A DNA stretch of 64,000 nt from Octopus sinensis (lineage: Eukaryota), in the NCBI RefSeq assembly GCF_006345805.1, contig NC_043007.1, forward strand, positions 31,806,001 through 31,870,000, in the 5' to 3' direction. The position numbers and the translations under genes are program-made. Below, one piece after another: positions 61,701-64,000 of this stretch. How positions within the stretch are numbered: the stretch's first letter is position 1; every line of letters begins with the position of its first letter. Below the pieces are notes generated by a model. The model did no database searches. It was not told the origin of the DNA and worked only from the letters and a program-made list of their open reading frames with translations.

Positions 61701-62088
61701 TTCTGGTACTTGTACCGAAAGATCGCCCATTTTTGTTTATATATTAAAGGTTTCAAACGAAAACCTTCCTCCCAGCTCATTTCCTTCTGCTGGTTTCCAT
61801 TCGCAGGATGTCTCGGTCGAATATGAGTTCCTGCGCATTGTTTTCGACATCAAACAGAAGAAAAACTTCAAGGCAATATTCGGCCACATCCTAAGATCTG
61901 GGAACACAACAGAAGATATTGGTAAGAAAGCGATTGAGGTCGACAGTAGAAACCAATACAAGAAATCCCTTCTGATCCTGAAACAAAGCGTTGTGGTAAG
62001 GGATCCTGCTTTGATGGAAACTCTCAAGAAATATGATACAGAAGGGAATTTCACAATCACCCCTGAAGACTTCATAGCAGCTGTTAAG
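46312..62088 (+). CDS. LRRC74: Spliced LRRC74-like (RI-type LRR) protein gene, 10 coding exons, 506 codons, 3'-partial: join(46312..46663,47779..47951,49185..49292,53195..53288,53851..53900,55997..56078,57010..57095,58527..58721,60671..60766,61807..62088)
   Basis: Manual assembly: every intron is GT..AG, phases 1,0,0,1,0,1,0,0,0,0 chain into one open frame of 1518 nt. The translation gives consecutive 28-aa repeats (LEKLDLTENLIDGEGTQFISKMLEENDF, ITDLNLSNNQVGPAGITHIAKMLCCNKG, LRSLNLSGNRLEDSVLEQLMNALEKNKY, etc.) preceded by DVTGKSMYLDLCQEMGIHPVSSFLRHI, which I recognise as the LRRC74A/B pre-LRR motif. Family name is from memory; paralog A versus B not resolved. Confidence 0.88.
46680..47150 (-). 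mobile_element. RTE-clade LINE 3' fragment in intron 1
   Basis: MERSMLGISLREHISNEVIRQKSG...KFRFAGHVARL..NRWTRAVVEWYP...RRPP, a typical RTE C-terminus. Confidence 0.85.
47779..47951 (+). CDS. LRRC74: LRRC74-like exon 2 (EEPLSHDVTGKSMYLDLCQEMG...KPISIVLR)
   Basis: tttcacAG acceptor, CGG|GTAAAC donor, 173 nt. Confidence 0.92.
49185..49292 (+). CDS. LRRC74: LRRC74-like exon 3 (HSITLEKLDLTEN...FITDL)
   Basis: ttttcAG acceptor, TTG|GTAAAT donor, 108 nt, LRR consensus. Confidence 0.93.
50358..50745 (-). mobile_element. CR1/L2-group LINE 3' end with (ATT)n tail
   Basis: NTRGHVYKVRKQ...KHFFMLRVAEAWNKLPASVV; the same 3' tip recurs at 59775-59875. Confidence 0.8.
53195..53288 (+). CDS. LRRC74: LRRC74-like exon 4 (NLSNNQVGPAG...LNLS)
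   Basis: atttcAG acceptor, CAG|GTAAAT donor, 94 nt; completes the LRR begun in exon 3. Confidence 0.92.
53851..53900 (+). CDS. LRRC74: LRRC74-like exon 5 (GNRLEDSVLEQLMNALE)
   Basis: ttgccAG acceptor, GAG|GTAAGT donor, 50 nt; needed to keep the frame and the 28-aa period. Confidence 0.88.
55997..56078 (+). CDS. LRRC74: LRRC74-like exon 6 (KNKYLESIDLSKNRLGENGG...AI)
   Basis: ttttctacAG acceptor, TAG|GTAAGT donor, 82 nt. Confidence 0.93.
57010..57095 (+). CDS. LRRC74: LRRC74-like exon 7 (GSNEYLQQFDLSWNYIRLRG...GLR)
   Basis: ttttcacAG acceptor, weak CGG|GTTTGT donor, 86 nt; LSWN motif. Confidence 0.9.
58527..58721 (+). CDS. LRRC74: LRRC74-like exon 8 (DNVRLKRCNLAFNGFG...LQILQ)
   Basis: ttaaAG acceptor, CAG|GTAAGT donor, 195 nt, two LRRs. 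Confidence 0.92.
58969..59189. mobile_element. piggyBac-type MITE in intron 8
   Basis: 13-bp TIR CCCTTTCGTTACC / GGTAACGAAAGGG, flanks TAAA and TTAA. Confidence 0.85.
60671..60766 (+). CDS. LRRC74: LRRC74-like exon 9 (LGKNPISTTGA...LLDLT)
   Basis: cctctttcAG acceptor, ACG|GTAAGA donor, 96 nt. Confidence 0.9.
60955..61017. repeat. (GGT)n microsatellite
   Basis: Direct reading. Confidence 0.95.
61158..61398. mobile_element. hAT (Charlie-type) MITE in intron 9
   Basis: CAGTGGTTCTCAACC ... GGTCGAGAAACACTA, 8-bp TSD CTCTAAAA/CTCTAAAT. Confidence 0.75.
61523..61727. mobile_element. Related GG-terminal MITE, 79 nt upstream of exon 10
   Basis: TIRs GGCGATCTTTTGGTACAAGTACCATAACTGCCA / TGGCAGTTCTGGTACTTGTACCGAAAGATCGCC, degenerate 8-bp TSD GATTTTTA/CATTTTTG. 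Confidence 0.75.
61807..62088 (+). CDS. LRRC74: LRRC74-like exon 10 (DVSVEYEF...KYDTEGNFTITPEDFIAAVK), EF-hand-like end
   Basis: ttcgcAG acceptor, 94 open codons, AAG|GTAGGA donor. Internal GTAAGA and GTAAGG donors make the 3' boundary less certain. Confidence 0.8.
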
Positions 62089-62189
62089 GTAGGAATAGCT
62101 TTTTTTTAAGTATATTTTTGGGGAAATTCAATTCTATCATTTTCTAATTTTCTTCAATGATTTCCATCATAGGTATCTTGAAGAAGCAT

Positions 62190-62620
62190 AAACCTCTTCC
62201 ATGGTGGCATTTATTTGACACATCTTCAGGCACCTTTCAATGTGATATCTGGCAATCTAAGCAATCTCGACTATATAGAGCAGTAGTTGTCAGTATCTTT
62301 CTGTACCAGGGTTGAGATCCCTGAACTTTTATACAGTTCTTCCGCCCTGAAAGACTATTGACTGCGATGTCACAGTTCATATGCTTTTTAACAGAAGGCC
62401 GGTGACCACTTGACACAAGGGGGAATGGTTTTCCCCATCCCCAACTGGAGTCCACCAGATGAGTAACTGTACATAGTTTGGCCGGCGAGACGCTGCCGTT
62501 GCCCGGGGTGTGGCCGCTGCTGTGCTCGGCAGCTACTAGGAGCCATATGTATGAGCTGAGGCTGATGTGGGGGACCAAGGTAGTCAGACCACCCGTGGAG
62601 GGCAAGGCGTCTCTCTTCCT
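62190..62620 (+). mobile_element. Decayed RTE fragment in the intron after exon 10
   Basis: RLYRAVVVSIFLY...SLAG...LMW, with stops and frameshifts. Confidence 0.55.
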
Positions 62621-63809
62621 ACAAAGGTGCACACAAATTATAACAGCTCAAATACATGACTGGCACACTATATCATTATCATCGTTTAACGTCCGCTTTC
62701 CATGCTAGCATGGGTTGGACGATTTTGACTGAGGGCTGGTGAACCAGATGGCTGCACCAGGCTCCAATATTGATCTGGTAAAATTTGGAACTGAAAAATT
62801 AAAGCCCCTTAGCTTATGAAAAAAATATTATTATTATTGACGAGCTGGCAGAATCGTTAGCATAATACTTAGTGGCATTTCGTCCATCTTCACATTCTGA
62901 GTTCAAATTCTGCCCAGGTCGACTTTGCCTTTCATCCTTTCAGGGTCAATGAAATAAATACCAGTTATGCAGAGGGAAGGGAAGTGGTTGATATAATTGA
63001 CTTGTCCCTTCCCCACAAATTTCAAGCCTCATGTCTATAGTAAAAAGGATGATTATTATTAACCCATGCTAGCATGGAAAGCGGATGCTAAACGATGATG
63101 ATGATTAAGACTGCAAGCTGGCAGAATCGTTAGCACGCTGGATGAAATGCTTAGCAGTAGTTCACCTGTTGCTACATTCTGAGTTCAAATTCTACCGAAG
63201 TCGACTTTGCCTTTCATCTTTTGGGGTCAACAAAATAAGTACCAGTTATGCATTGGGGTTGACATAATCAACTATCCCCTCCCCCAAATTCAGGCCTTGT
63301 GCCCATAGTAGAAAGGATTATTATTAGTATTATTATAGTATTATCATTTCCCCAAAAACTGCAGCTTTTAATTTTGCTAGTACCACACCCAAGACACTAA
63401 TGTCTGTTAAGTCCTTCTAGGCCTTCTTTTAACGGTTGTTGGAACTTAAAGGGTAAAAGACAGCATGTTTCCTTTTTCTGCTGGAATATAGAGATGATAC
63501 TGCAAGTAAGACTCTTGAAACACTCAGGCAATCATACCTATCATAATCTTACCACACACACACATTTTTGGGGAGTATTTCAAAATAACTGAATTATCAT
63601 TAGTTCAATAATTCCCTTTACGAATTAAATGTTTGAAATTTAGGTCTATGTTTACAAACCCTATCCTGACAGAAAGCCTTCTTTTTTAATGTTTGTGGCA
63701 GGAATGTGCTCTTGAAATAGACACGAAGGATTTAATGCAAACTTTAAAAGCAATAGCAAAGAAAGGATCAGGTAAAATATATTTTGGGTAAGTAAACCTC
63801 TTTTATTCG

Positions 63810-64000
63810 TTCATGATGTCAGAGGAGAGAAATGGGTCTGCATGGATGATGGTTCTCTTGCATTAAATGAGGCTGCAAAGAGAGAGGTTTGGAGACGCCA
63901 CTATGAAAGGTTGCTCAATAGAGAAAATAAATGGGAGAAAGAGAGTCTGCCAGATATTGACCAGCTATCCGAATTGACAGTACCTTGGTAGATAGAGCAA
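63810..64000 (+). mobile_element. RTE ORF fragment running off the window end
   Basis: GEKWVCMDDGSLALNEAAKREVWRRHYERLLN.EN.WEKESLP resembles the RTE endonuclease-RT linker. Confidence 0.65.

Noticed and set aside
61737-62075. 112-aa antisense ORF over exon 10 (and 46307-46741 over exon 1)
   Set aside because: Shadow ORFs of real coding exons with no independent support

Overview
Eukaryotic genomic DNA: AT-rich, dense in microsatellites and SINEs. The repeat families look like those of octopus (coleoid cephalopod); this is an inference from recalled SINE sequences, not a database result. One gene can be built with confidence: a plus-strand, spliced LRRC74-like leucine-rich-repeat gene with 10 coding exons from 46312 to 62088 (506 codons, all GT-AG, all phases consistent, 3' end outside the window). 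It encodes an acidic N-terminal extension, about nine 28-aa RI-type LRRs and a degenerate EF-hand-like motif. The first ~46 kb are essentially mobile-element debris: three tRNA-derived SINE families (Meta-, CORE- and V-domain-like), RTE/CR1/Tx1 LINE fragments, hAT, piggyBac, Merlin-like and Tc1/mariner MITEs (two of them foldbacks), a solo-LTR-like insert, and a 1.1-kb tandem duplication whose first copy preserves the empty sites of two insertions. The most unusual signal is a short element at 29541-29826 (minus strand) that fuses a tRNA-like Pol III head to a Penelope-type minimal hammerhead ribozyme. Further degenerate hammerhead-like motifs, some in inverted pairs, occur at 3862-4098, 7690-7825 and 35621-35982. 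Most ORFs in the supplied track are microsatellite or repeat artefacts. No CRISPR array, rRNA gene or bona fide tRNA gene was found. All alignments and folds were done by eye.
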